From Gemmatimonadales bacterium (GTDB taxonomy: Bacteria > Gemmatimonadota > Gemmatimonadetes > Gemmatimonadales > Gemmatimonadaceae), in NCBI GenBank assembly GCA_040002555.1, contig JBDUEH010000001.1, forward strand, positions 1 to 37,014: 37,014 nt of DNA, in the 5' to 3' direction. Position numbers and translations under genes: made by a program. The stretch's first letter is position 1, and each line of letters begins with the position of its first letter. Below the pieces are notes generated by a model. It had not been told where the DNA came from, ran no database searches, and saw nothing but the letters and a program-made list of their open reading frames with translations. Shown piece by piece: positions 9,560 to 18,304 of this stretch.

Positions 9560-9749
9560 CTCATAGCAACTTATTGCCCGTCATGGTCAAGATGAAGCTC
9601 GCGCGAGGTATTGCGTGGAGCTATACCTGTTCACATCGGGAAAGCTACCGCCTAATCCTTCAGAGCTGATTGGCGGCGACGGGCGCAAATCTGCGATATC
9701 CGTCGTAGTTTACCTGACAATCCAATTCCTTAACGATCGGCCGGCTTAT

Positions 9750-10445
9750 ATGGGTGTGGTTCGTCGCGTAAAGTCGCAACTGGTCCCGAGCGGCACTAAG
9801 CCGCGGAGGGTTCTGACCGGCATATACAGAGGGCTCGTTCTCGACCTCGACCTACAACACGACACGCAGGTCTACCTCGGCCTTTGGGAACGGGAGACAT
9901 ACCGTTTTATTGAGAAGGCTGGAGCACGTTGCGCTTGGGCGGTGGATGTCGGCGCAGGGAGAGGCGAGCTCTGTCTTTACGCGCTTAAACGCTCGACTGC
10001 CCGCGTCGTGTATGCTTTTGAGCCGGAGCCCTCCGAGCTTGACCGCCTCCTGAAAAACGCGAAAAGGAATTCGTGGGCGAACAACAAGACGTTAATCACG
10101 CAGAATCGCTTCGTCGGCGCAGCCGACGGCCAGGAATGCGTAAGGCTGGACTCCCTCGATCTGCCGGAATCGGAACCGGGTTTCATAAAGGTCGATGTCG
10201 AAGGCGCGGAACTTGACGTGCTGCGGGGCGCGGACAAGTTGCTCAGGCGCTCTCCGCTGGATGTACTCGTCGAAACGCACTCGCTCGATCTCGAGCACGC
10301 CTGTGCCGACTATCTGACGAGCAGAGGATTCCGCATCGAGATCATCGATAAACTGTGGTGGAGGGCGGTGATACCGGAGCTCAGACCTATCCCGCACAAC
10401 CGCTGGCTCTCCGCGTCGAACATTAGCCCGGAGGGCCGAGCATGA
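9750..10445 (+). CDS. FkbM family SAM-dependent methyltransferase
   Basis: GLWE, VDVGAGRG, AFEP, IKVDVEGAE..VL.G, VETH. ATG 9750 preferred because the upstream in-frame stretch resembles a Wzc fragment. Confidence 0.88.
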   Translation: MGVVRRVKSQLVPSGTKPRRVLTGIYRGLVLDLDLQHDTQVYLGLWERETYRFIEKAGARCAWAVDVGAGRGELCLYALKRSTARVVYAFEPEPSELDRLLKNAKRNSWANNKTLITQNRFVGAADGQECVRLDSLDLPESEPGFIKVDVEGAELDVLRGADKLLRRSPLDVLVETHSLDLEHACADYLTSRGFRIEIIDKLWWRAVIPELRPIPHNRWLSASNISPEGRA

Positions 10446-10543
10446 TGTTGCGCCGCTTAGGGGCTGTCAGGCGCATGTGCTACCGCGCTGATAACGTGTA
10501 TCTTCAGCGATGGATTTGAGCCTGAACATGGGCTTTGCCAGAT

Positions 10544-11563
10544 TCAATGCGCCGTACCAGAAGGGACGCCCATGTCGCTACCAAGCGTTTGGCCGAGCCG
10601 ACGGCTGAATATGGCGGCGCCTGACGGCGCGAGGTGGAACGGGTCGAGGAAACCGTCGTCGGGGACCCAGTCCGTGGCATCGATGAGTCTCGCACCCTGC
10701 GCCTCGAGGAGGCGTTGGATGTAGCCCTTGTAATTTGCCCATTCGACCAACCCGTAACGTGGGAGGCGATGCGTCGTTGGCATCGGCATCGCTATGAAAA
10801 CCACCGCCGCCCCCCTGCGATGGACCGTTTGGATGAAACCAAGGATGGGAGCGGTAAGGGGCCGTCGGCGGGCCACCGCCAGACCAATGTGACTTCGAAA
10901 GGACGCGGCGCCGAGTGCCGCGACTTCCGCGAAGTCCTTGTCGCGCCCAAAGCGGCTGGTAGCTTCGGCGGGCAATCCGATTCTTTCAATCCGCCGGCGC
11001 AGCTTCTCAACGCGGCCCCAGATGGCGGTTCGGTCGACGACCATCGGAATAAGGCGTCCCAAGCGGAGCAGAAACTCCAGGCCATGGCTTTCCGAGGCAT
11101 AATAGCGGATGGCTGTGTCGGGATACACGTAGTACACCATAGCCCGATTCCCGGAGAGGGCACTGAAGTCCGCTCTGATGGAATCGGTCAGTTCCGTGTC
11201 GACGAATCCATAGTAAACAGCAGATGGCCGAAGGCGCGCCGAGGCGAGAAGCATCAGGTAGTGCTCTACCGGCGCTGTTGCACCTAAACCGAGGTTTACC
11301 GCTTTTCGTCCGGGGAAGCCTAACTCGAATGCGCGCGCGTCGACGCCTGCGTCAATCAGGGAGTTGCCAAAGAAAAGATCGGTGACCGGGCCGGACTCCT
11401 GGATGGTCTTTAGTCGCTGGCGGGGACTCGAGGATCGCGCGAGAAAGGGCACCGCGATATTCACCAGCACGATTATCCCCAAGACAGTGAGCACCTGAAG
11501 CGCGAAGCGGGTGGGGGCGAACGAGAGGTACCGACCGAGACGCAAGCGGGGGTCAGAAGTCAA
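10544..11563 (-). CDS. Membrane-anchored SGNH-like acyltransferase (DltD/AlgJ/PatB-like)
   Basis: N-terminal TM, FFGNS (Ser nucleophile), NLGLGA, C-terminal DPFHL (DxxH); lies downstream of an MBOAT. Confidence 0.8.
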   Translation of the reverse strand: MTSDPRLRLGRYLSFAPTRFALQVLTVLGIIVLVNIAVPFLARSSSPRQRLKTIQESGPVTDLFFGNSLIDAGVDARAFELGFPGRKAVNLGLGATAPVEHYLMLLASARLRPSAVYYGFVDTELTDSIRADFSALSGNRAMVYYVYPDTAIRYYASESHGLEFLLRLGRLIPMVVDRTAIWGRVEKLRRRIERIGLPAEATSRFGRDKDFAEVAALGAASFRSHIGLAVARRRPLTAPILGFIQTVHRRGAAVVFIAMPMPTTHRLPRYGLVEWANYKGYIQRLLEAQGARLIDATDWVPDDGFLDPFHLAPSGAAIFSRRLGQTLGSDMGVPSGTAH

Positions 11564-11741
11564 TGTAGAGGAATTTTAACGTCTGACCCGAAAAGGCGAC
11601 GATGAAGAGAATGAGCAACCCCCACCAGAATCCCCAGAAGTAGGACGACGTTGAGGGTAGCCGCGGAATATTCGACTCGTCGTGTACGCCACCCAGATAC
11701 TCCAGCGCATTCTTCAGCTTCACCGCGAATTTGCGAAGCAT
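11553..11741 (-). CDS. 62-aa single-TM microprotein with C-terminal FLYIDF (DltX-like Tyr motif)
   Basis: ATG 2 nt after the MBOAT stop; 3' end overlaps the SGNH start by 11 nt; hydrophobic helix FWGFWWGLLILFIVAF followed by KFLYIDF-COOH. Confidence 0.85.
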   Translation of the reverse strand: MLRKFAVKLKNALEYLGGVHDESNIPRLPSTSSYFWGFWWGLLILFIVAFSGQTLKFLYIDF

Positions 11742-11743
11742 AG

Positions 11744-12925
11744 TCAGAACAGCCTACTATAGAAGAAGAGCGCCGTGTCAATGTTCATGGCGAACATTGG
11801 CCACCCGATCGTGACCCCAGCAGCCGTGAGTGCCCAGTTGCCCAGTTGCCCCTTCCATTGAGGCTGGGCTAAATAGCCGCGCCGACGACGATATGTCACC
11901 CACACACGATGTATGCTCAGCATGACGCCGTGCCATGCGCCGAACACCACGAAGTGAGCTGCCGCACCGTGCCAGAGTCCGCTAACGACCATGGTCAGCA
12001 GGATATTTCCGCACACCAACGCAAGTGATCTCCGGGACCCGCCGAGTGGAATGAAGACGTAATCGACCAGCCACTTGTAAAGCGAGATGTGCCAGTGTCT
12101 CCAGAATTCGCTGATATTCGACCTGAAAAAAGGCCAGTCGAAATTTTCCGGGATCCTGATACCGAGAAGCCGGGCAGAGCCGATGGCGATGTCCGAATAG
12201 GCTGAAAAATCGAAGTACGCCTTCCAGCCATAGGCAATGATCCAGAGGAGGAGCGTCAGGCGGTCGGCCTGCGCGATGTCCGACCGGTTCAGATGAACGG
12301 TGAAGCTGCCCAGGACATCAGCGACCGCGAGCTTCTTTACGAGGCCTGTCAGAATCCGTGTGATGCCGCGGTTCCAGTCCAGCGTCCAGTCTGTGCTTGG
12401 ATTGCGCAGCTGGGGGACGAAGTCCTGAAACCGCTTGATCGGCCCCGCCACCATTGTCGGAAAAAAAAGTATGAACGCGAAATATTCGCCCCGGGTACCC
12501 TGTTCTGCCGTTCCCTTGTAGCGATCTGCGGCGTAGTGAATGAACTCGAAAGTGAAGAACGAAATGCCGAGCGGGAGGAATGCTGTTTCCCACCGGAAGG
12601 GATTCCGCCCCAGCGGCATCGTCAGCAACCCGGTCGAGAAGTTCCAGTATTTGAAAACCCCCAGAATCGCTACCGCTATCGCAATACCGACGAGGCATAG
12701 CCTCGATCGCGGGTGGTAAAGGCGGCTGAAGAAACCTTCCCACAACAGGATCAGCAGGCAAGCAGCCGCGATCCATCCGGCAAGCTCGACAACCGAGAAA
12801 TACACGAAGAAAGCGGAGCCGAAAAGGGCGCACACCCATGGTCGCAGCGACGGGCGGGCGACGCGAAACAACATGGCGCAAGGTAGGAGCAGAAAGAGAT
12901 AGTACTCGATCCTCGTGAAGATCAA
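11744..12925 (-). CDS. MBOAT family O-acyltransferase (DltB/AlgI-like, short form)
   Basis: FKYWNF, LPLGISFFTF, FFP.MVAGPI, DFSAYSDIA, ENF..PF, FWRHWHISL..W..DYVFIPLGG, GLWHGA (catalytic His); no C-terminal FIYFQF tail. Confidence 0.95.
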   Translation of the reverse strand: MIFTRIEYYLFLLLPCAMLFRVARPSLRPWVCALFGSAFFVYFSVVELAGWIAAACLLILLWEGFFSRLYHPRSRLCLVGIAIAVAILGVFKYWNFSTGLLTMPLGRNPFRWETAFLPLGISFFTFEFIHYAADRYKGTAEQGTRGEYFAFILFFPTMVAGPIKRFQDFVPQLRNPSTDWTLDWNRGITRILTGLVKKLAVADVLGSFTVHLNRSDIAQADRLTLLLWIIAYGWKAYFDFSAYSDIAIGSARLLGIRIPENFDWPFFRSNISEFWRHWHISLYKWLVDYVFIPLGGSRRSLALVCGNILLTMVVSGLWHGAAAHFVVFGAWHGVMLSIHRVWVTYRRRRGYLAQPQWKGQLGNWALTAAGVTIGWPMFAMNIDTALFFYSRLF

Positions 12926-13770
12926 GCGTGGCTTCCAGGCGAGGCCACGAGCTCGACACTTCCGTACTCCTCAAGGGGATCGCTCTGACCGGTGAGGGGC
13001 ACGGGACGCAGACCAAGCTCGGCGAGCAGTCCCCTCGCGTCAGTGCCGCTCGTGCCCCAGTCCCAGGCAGCCGGGTGCATCTCCACGAAGATGCTCAGCT
13101 TCCGCCGGGAACGCTCGATAAGCCGGCGAGCGCCGGCGAGAACGTCGATCTCATACCCCTCCACGTCGATGAGCAGTACATCCGGATCCTGTCCTTCAGT
13201 ATCGAAATAGTTGTCCAATGACTCCACACGTGTGGAGACCGACTGCGTACTTCGGAGGAACGGATTCGGCTCGTCGAGCCGGCTCATTCCGTCGGCGACA
13301 TTCGTGAAGAGTGTCGCCGTTCCGGCGCGAATACCAACTGCGAGAGGTACGATCGTAACGCGGTCCTCGAATCCGTTGAGACGTACATGCCTCGTCAAAC
13401 ATTGCAGTGCCGCCGGGTTCGGCTCAAACGCCACTACTCGGCCGCGCGGGCCAACGACCCGCGCCATCTGAAGAGCATATACGCCGACGTTCGCGCCAAC
13501 ATCCACGAAAGTCATTCCAGGTGACAGGCGCTCGCAAATTGCGGCTGCAACCTCCGGCTCGTACTCGTGACCCATGCGGTGCCTGTGCCTCGGGTCAATT
13601 CTGAATGACTCGCCGTTGATTTCCCAAGGTATTCCTCGCCCTCCACTCGCCGCCTCGAGAAACGTCTCGTACGGCGGGCGAAACATTCTGACCGCGGCTG
13701 AGTCATGGCCGACCCGTTTCGTCAGCCAGCTCACGGAGGACTGAAGCCGTTCCAGGAAAGCACCGCTCAT
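12922..13770 (-). CDS. FkbM family SAM-dependent methyltransferase
   Basis: FVDVGANVG, AFEPNP, LDNY, IDVEGYE, EMHP. Confidence 0.92.
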   Translation of the reverse strand: MSGAFLERLQSSVSWLTKRVGHDSAAVRMFRPPYETFLEAASGGRGIPWEINGESFRIDPRHRHRMGHEYEPEVAAAICERLSPGMTFVDVGANVGVYALQMARVVGPRGRVVAFEPNPAALQCLTRHVRLNGFEDRVTIVPLAVGIRAGTATLFTNVADGMSRLDEPNPFLRSTQSVSTRVESLDNYFDTEGQDPDVLLIDVEGYEIDVLAGARRLIERSRRKLSIFVEMHPAAWDWGTSGTDARGLLAELGLRPVPLTGQSDPLEEYGSVELVASPGSHA

Positions 13771-13813
13771 GGTTTCGAGACAGTGTGCATCATCCCCCGA
13801 CGCGGGGGGCCCC

Positions 13814-14722
13814 TCACGGTGTCTCTAGCGGAACGTGCGATTCGCCGAAAAAAAGACGTTTGTGAGCAAAGCGGAATGACAATCCGTAACGCGGCGGCTG
13901 ATAATGATTCTCGGCCGTAAATGGTGGGGCGAAGCGGTCCCCGACGAGGTCTTCCCGGACGAAAAACGCGTTGATCCCCGCCAGGTCGCATCCCACAAGG
14001 CTGTAACCAAGTTTGCGCCCGAGCAGCTCATACGCCTTCAGGCTGGCCCCGAACGCCTGGCTGTGATCCCAGTCGCGCCCCGGCTCGAAGGGATGAATCC
14101 ATGATTGATCGGGTGGGATGGCGGCGTTGTACTCAACTATCACAACTCTCGGCCTCAACTCGCCGAGCGCCGCCCAAAGGTGGTACGTATTGAGATCGAT
14201 GTCGAGAGAGAACAGATCAACCTCATCCGGAACCCCCATTTCTCTGAGCAGGCTCATGACGTTGTCCGGGGTCGCGATGCCCTGACGGAGTTTTAGCCGA
14301 GATGCAAGAGATGGCATTTCGCGAAGCCGGGTCGAGACAGCAGAACAATCGTGATGACTGGCCTCGATCCACCAGCCGCTCCAGCCCAGGGCCAGAAGGA
14401 ACGTGGTGTTTGTTTCAGAGCCGTCTCCGACACCGATCTCGAGAAAAGTTCGATTGGGGGAACCGATTCGTCGAAAAATCTCCGCTGTCATCCCGTCTTC
14501 GAGATTCTGCGACCAATACTGCGCGCCGTGAAGCAGGAGCCTGCGAGAGTCTCCGTAACGGACGTCATTCGCCTTGAACGATGCCAGCGCCTGAATCATG
14601 GCGGTCGTCTCGAGAACGCGCAGCGGCCCCGACATCGCGGCAAGGCTGCTCTGAATGTCGCGAAGCTCACGAACGACGGGCAGCCGTCTGTAGACCCGGC
14701 TGAGCCAGCGTGCTGAATTCAC
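13814..14722 (-). CDS. FkbM-like (Methyltransf_21-type) methyltransferase
   Basis: SQNLEDG, FLEIGVGDG.ETNT, LFSLDID, PRVVIVEYN, GASL, NAFFVR. Confidence 0.8.
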   Translation of the reverse strand: MNSARWLSRVYRRLPVVRELRDIQSSLAAMSGPLRVLETTAMIQALASFKANDVRYGDSRRLLLHGAQYWSQNLEDGMTAEIFRRIGSPNRTFLEIGVGDGSETNTTFLLALGWSGWWIEASHHDCSAVSTRLREMPSLASRLKLRQGIATPDNVMSLLREMGVPDEVDLFSLDIDLNTYHLWAALGELRPRVVIVEYNAAIPPDQSWIHPFEPGRDWDHSQAFGASLKAYELLGRKLGYSLVGCDLAGINAFFVREDLVGDRFAPPFTAENHYQPPRYGLSFRFAHKRLFFGESHVPLETP

Positions 14723-15015
14723 GGGTGTGACTCCTTGCCGTCTCGTGGGGCCGCATCAAGAACATCCGTCAGCGCGCGGATGTGGCGCTCCGCTGAAAAT
14801 CTGCCGGCAACCTTAAAACGCCATAGCTTAAGTGTCTGTGATGCTCCAATGCTCTCGCCACTCCTGCGAATCGTACAATCTCCTCGATGGGCCGCCGGCA
14901 TGGGCATCGCGATCCAGTATACGGATGCGCCTCTCTTGTTCGCAAGCCTGAACCCGGCAAGAACCGCCGAATTCAAAGACGTATGCTTTTCAACGCGCCA
15001 CATACACGTCATCAA
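14719..15015 (-). pseudogene. Chimeric remnant: SGNH-like fragment fused to a GT4 C-terminus
   Basis: RGASVYWIAMPMPAAHR matches RGAAVVFIAMPMPTTHR of 10544..11563; the ending RFSAERHIRALTDVL resembles GT4 C-termini. Confidence 0.7.
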
Positions 15016-16011
15016 CTACGCGTCGGCCGAATCATCAGACAGTTTTTTTCTCAGGACATAGAAAAGAACTCCGTCCGGCCCGCGCCTGGACGCGGCGTGC
15101 GCTCTTAACCCGGCTATAGGCTGGAATTCGCCGCCGCCGTCAAATTCAAGTTCTACAAAACTGTCGAACATTTGCGCCAATTCATCGATGAACGTCTCAG
15201 GATCAAAACCCGCGCGTGTAAGTCCGTAAGGCCAATATTCAGTGGCCAGATACTCGGTATTGCTCAGAATATTCCTGGCCCCTTTGAGAATCGCCGGCTC
15301 AGAACCCTGGCAGTCAAGCTTCATGAGCCGGACAGGCCCTCCGCTACCAGCCTTCGCCAAATCCGGTAGCGCGTCATCGAGGGCCACCGCCTCAACGACG
15401 ATCACGGACCTGCGAGATTCGTTCTCCAGCTCCGGCAGCACTGCGGTAGCGGAAGCCGTTTCAAATCGAACCCTGTGATCTCCGTAGTTTATAGGCGACA
15501 ATTCAAATTGGACCTCGCCGGGCTTATTGAGCGCTGCCAGCCGATATGCGGTAACAGTCTCAACCACTCCGTTGATTCGCAGGTTCTCCGACAGAAGGTC
15601 GTAGTTCCCCGGATCAGGTTCGAAAGCGATGACTCGGCCTGTCTTGCCAACCGCGCGCGCTAACTGTACGGAAAACCAACCGAGGTTGGCCCCGACATCG
15701 ACAATCGTGTCGCCTTCTGAAACGAGACCGGTCAGGACTTTAGTCTCGAGTTTCTCCCAAACACCGTCGATGGCTAGTGACCACCCCACGACCGTATCCC
15801 GGGGGTCGAACATGAACCGCCCATAATCGGTCGTCGCGCAAAGCCGGGAAATGCAAGTGTGCTCGCGAATGAGTCCAGCAAATCCTGCCCTCGGCCCGAA
15901 CGTGTCGAGAAATCTCTGTCCCAGTTTATGGTTCGAGGTTAATAGCCGTTGTCGGCGCCATTGACGCATGCTGTCAGGGATCATGTACACAAGTAAGGAC
16001 CGGAGGCTCAT
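15016..16011 (-). CDS. FkbM family SAM-dependent methyltransferase
   Basis: GVWE..ET, VDVGANLG, AFEPDP, KLDCQGSE, EYWP. Confidence 0.92.
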   Translation of the reverse strand: MSLRSLLVYMIPDSMRQWRRQRLLTSNHKLGQRFLDTFGPRAGFAGLIREHTCISRLCATTDYGRFMFDPRDTVVGWSLAIDGVWEKLETKVLTGLVSEGDTIVDVGANLGWFSVQLARAVGKTGRVIAFEPDPGNYDLLSENLRINGVVETVTAYRLAALNKPGEVQFELSPINYGDHRVRFETASATAVLPELENESRRSVIVVEAVALDDALPDLAKAGSGGPVRLMKLDCQGSEPAILKGARNILSNTEYLATEYWPYGLTRAGFDPETFIDELAQMFDSFVELEFDGGGEFQPIAGLRAHAASRRGPDGVLFYVLRKKLSDDSADA

Positions 16012-16053
16012 AGATCGTTGGTTGACACAACAACACTTCCAGGTGGAGTCACA

Positions 16054-16887
16054 CTAATTCCTCATCGCGGGCCGTGCGGACCACTCCACTACGTCGCTGG
16101 ATATGTCACTCCTCGGAACGACATCATAACCAAGTCTCCTAAGGTAAGTCTGTGCAGCTTCGACTGGTATTTCGAGCGCGCGCATTCGCGGCTTATTTTG
16201 CTCATACCACACCTCCTCGACCATCCGCCCAGCGAGGAGGCGTTCGCACCCCTCCAGAGCCCAGCTGTCAGCTCCCTCCGCGTCGATCTTGAGGAGCGCT
16301 ATCGGCCTATTGGATGCGACGTAATCATCTACCCTTATTACGGCCACATCGATCGTCGAAGCACCAGCCTTCGCGGCGAAGCCTCCCCATCCGGTCTGCT
16401 CCGCTGGACCAACGTCGAACGCAAGCCTTCCTGAAGCAGCCCCAGCCGCCATTGGCACTACATCGATTCGGTCCTCGAAGCCGTTTCGAGAGACGTTACT
16501 TCTCAGCATTTCGATGATCCGCGGTGATGCCTCGAACGAGATGCAGCGGTTGTTTTTTCGTGCAGATGCCCAGAGGAGACTGAAGTATCCAATGTTTGCG
16601 CCGACTTCAATCATCGTTCCGCCCGCGCGCGCAAGTGCGGATACGCGTCGAGTCAGCAATCTCTCATAAATTCCGGTAAACGCGATGCAGTCAGAGATGA
16701 CGTCGCCGGGTTTCAAACGCATTGTTACCCCAGGCGCGTAACGCAGGTCTGCGGTGTGATAGAGCTCGCTCCATCTCGCATGCTTTCCGCGGTAAGCGCG
16801 TGACCAAAGAGCGATGGCAAGTCGGTCTGGAAGAGCGCGAAGCAAAAGGGGACGCCTGGCGGATGGAAAGGTTGCCGGTAACGTCAT
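16054..16887 (-). CDS. FkbM family SAM-dependent methyltransferase
   Basis: GIYE, IEVGANIGYFS, SFEASP, LKIDAEGAD; ATGA overlap with the upstream GT4. Confidence 0.92.
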   Translation of the reverse strand: MTLPATFPSARRPLLLRALPDRLAIALWSRAYRGKHARWSELYHTADLRYAPGVTMRLKPGDVISDCIAFTGIYERLLTRRVSALARAGGTMIEVGANIGYFSLLWASARKNNRCISFEASPRIIEMLRSNVSRNGFEDRIDVVPMAAGAASGRLAFDVGPAEQTGWGGFAAKAGASTIDVAVIRVDDYVASNRPIALLKIDAEGADSWALEGCERLLAGRMVEEVWYEQNKPRMRALEIPVEAAQTYLRRLGYDVVPRSDISSDVVEWSARPAMRN

Positions 16888-17957
16888 CTCACATCCTTGC
16901 GGTACACCGCCACAGTTTCGCTAACGACATCGTCCCATGTCCTACCCGAAGCGACCTTTTGGCCGGCCAAAGCGACTCGCTCGCGAAGCGACCGGTCTTC
17001 TTTCAAAATCAGGAGTCCGGCGACGATGTCACTGATATCAGACCCTGCAATCCAGCCGGATGCGCGATCAGTAACCAGATCGGCAATCCCCGCATCCCGT
17101 GTCAGAATCACTGGCACTCCATACGCCATGGCCTCGGCGACGACCATCGCAAAAGTGTCATAAATGGTGGGGTGAAGCAGCACGTCCGCGGCCGAATACG
17201 CAGGCAAAATGTCATCCAGTCCGCCAGCCCAGTGCACGCGGTCGGAAACGCCGAGGGATTTCGCGTTTTCCAAATACGTGGTCGATTCGGACCGGCTCAC
17301 AACAAGGAGATGGACCCCAGGTGCGCGGGACACAGCGCTTATGGCTCTATCAAGCCCCTTTCGAGCGTCACCAGCGTACAACGCTACGAACGCATCTGGA
17401 GGCAGCCCCAGTCCCAACCGCGCCGAGCGCCGGGGGGGCAGATTGCGGGCGGGCGGGAACCCGTGATGAACGACGAAGACGTCGCGAGTCCTTCCGTAAA
17501 ATCGTGCGACGTCGGTTGCCGCCCGTTTGCTTGGCGCAATCACGACGCGGGCACGCCGAAAGAGATCTCTCTCCCTTGCCGTCACGTATCCACCAAGCCA
17601 TCTCTCTCCGGGACGGGATCTTACGCCGGCCCGCCGCGCCGCATCACGCCATGCAGCGAGCACGATGTGGGTCGTTACCACGTCGGCATAGCGAGTAACC
17701 CAACCCTGCGCATGAACGACGTCGTGCTTGCGGCGGACACTCGCGAACCCCGCAGGGAAAGTGAGGATTCTCGTGTATGCACTGGCGCCTACCGCCGGAA
17801 CGCGAATCACGGTAACGCCTTCTGCGACCGGCGAACGAATGCTGGCCGCGTATAAAGTGACGTCGTGGTTTCGCGCCAGTCGGTTTACAAGTTCCACTGC
17901 ATAGCCGCCGGTACCATCTGCCGCATAAAAGTCGTGGGTCACAAAACCGATATTCAC
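16884..17957 (-). CDS. Glycosyltransferase family 4
   Basis: MNIGFVTHDF..GTGGY, RKGL, PTIYDTFAMVVAEAMAYG. Confidence 0.9.
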   Translation of the reverse strand: MNIGFVTHDFYAADGTGGYAVELVNRLARNHDVTLYAASIRSPVAEGVTVIRVPAVGASAYTRILTFPAGFASVRRKHDVVHAQGWVTRYADVVTTHIVLAAWRDAARRAGVRSRPGERWLGGYVTARERDLFRRARVVIAPSKRAATDVARFYGRTRDVFVVHHGFPPARNLPPRRSARLGLGLPPDAFVALYAGDARKGLDRAISAVSRAPGVHLLVVSRSESTTYLENAKSLGVSDRVHWAGGLDDILPAYSAADVLLHPTIYDTFAMVVAEAMAYGVPVILTRDAGIADLVTDRASGWIAGSDISDIVAGLLILKEDRSLRERVALAGQKVASGRTWDDVVSETVAVYRKDVR

Positions 17958-18304
17958 GGTGGTTGAAAGCTTTGGCGCCTTCGGCCGGTTGCCAACAGTT
18001 CCTCCTCAACCAGATTTTAAACGCGCCCGACGGGCACCCCATCGTCGATCCACCCGCGCGCAACCATAATCCCTTTTCTACCGTCTTCCAAACGCCCAGG
18101 AATGCGTTGGCGATTGTGAAGCGCAGCACGATCGGACTTAGCCGAGTAGTCAGAACCTGGGAACAATCTAGAACTCATCTCGAAACCGTGCTACCATTTT
18201 TGCATTGGCTCGGCATGCGCCCAATAAGCTCAACGGAATTCCGACTCGATTTCCGAGAAACGCATCCCAGGTTTCCTTCACCGAAGAAAACAAGAGGCGG
18301 CCAC

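Noticed and set aside
13794-13808. CCCCCG-ACG-CGGGGG hairpin between methyltransferase genes
   Set aside because: Short, no U-tract and mid-operon; not supportable as a terminator.
16722-17855. 377-aa plus-strand ORF, and similar long ORFs at 10634, 12318, 19332 and 23161
   Set aside because: They overlap well-supported genes and show no motifs; expected in GC-rich DNA.
17963-18304. N-terminal extension of the 523-aa ORF
   Set aside because: GT4 homology and an RBS begin at 18305; the extension would leave no room for divergent promoters. A possible minus-strand gene-tail relic here was too weak to call.
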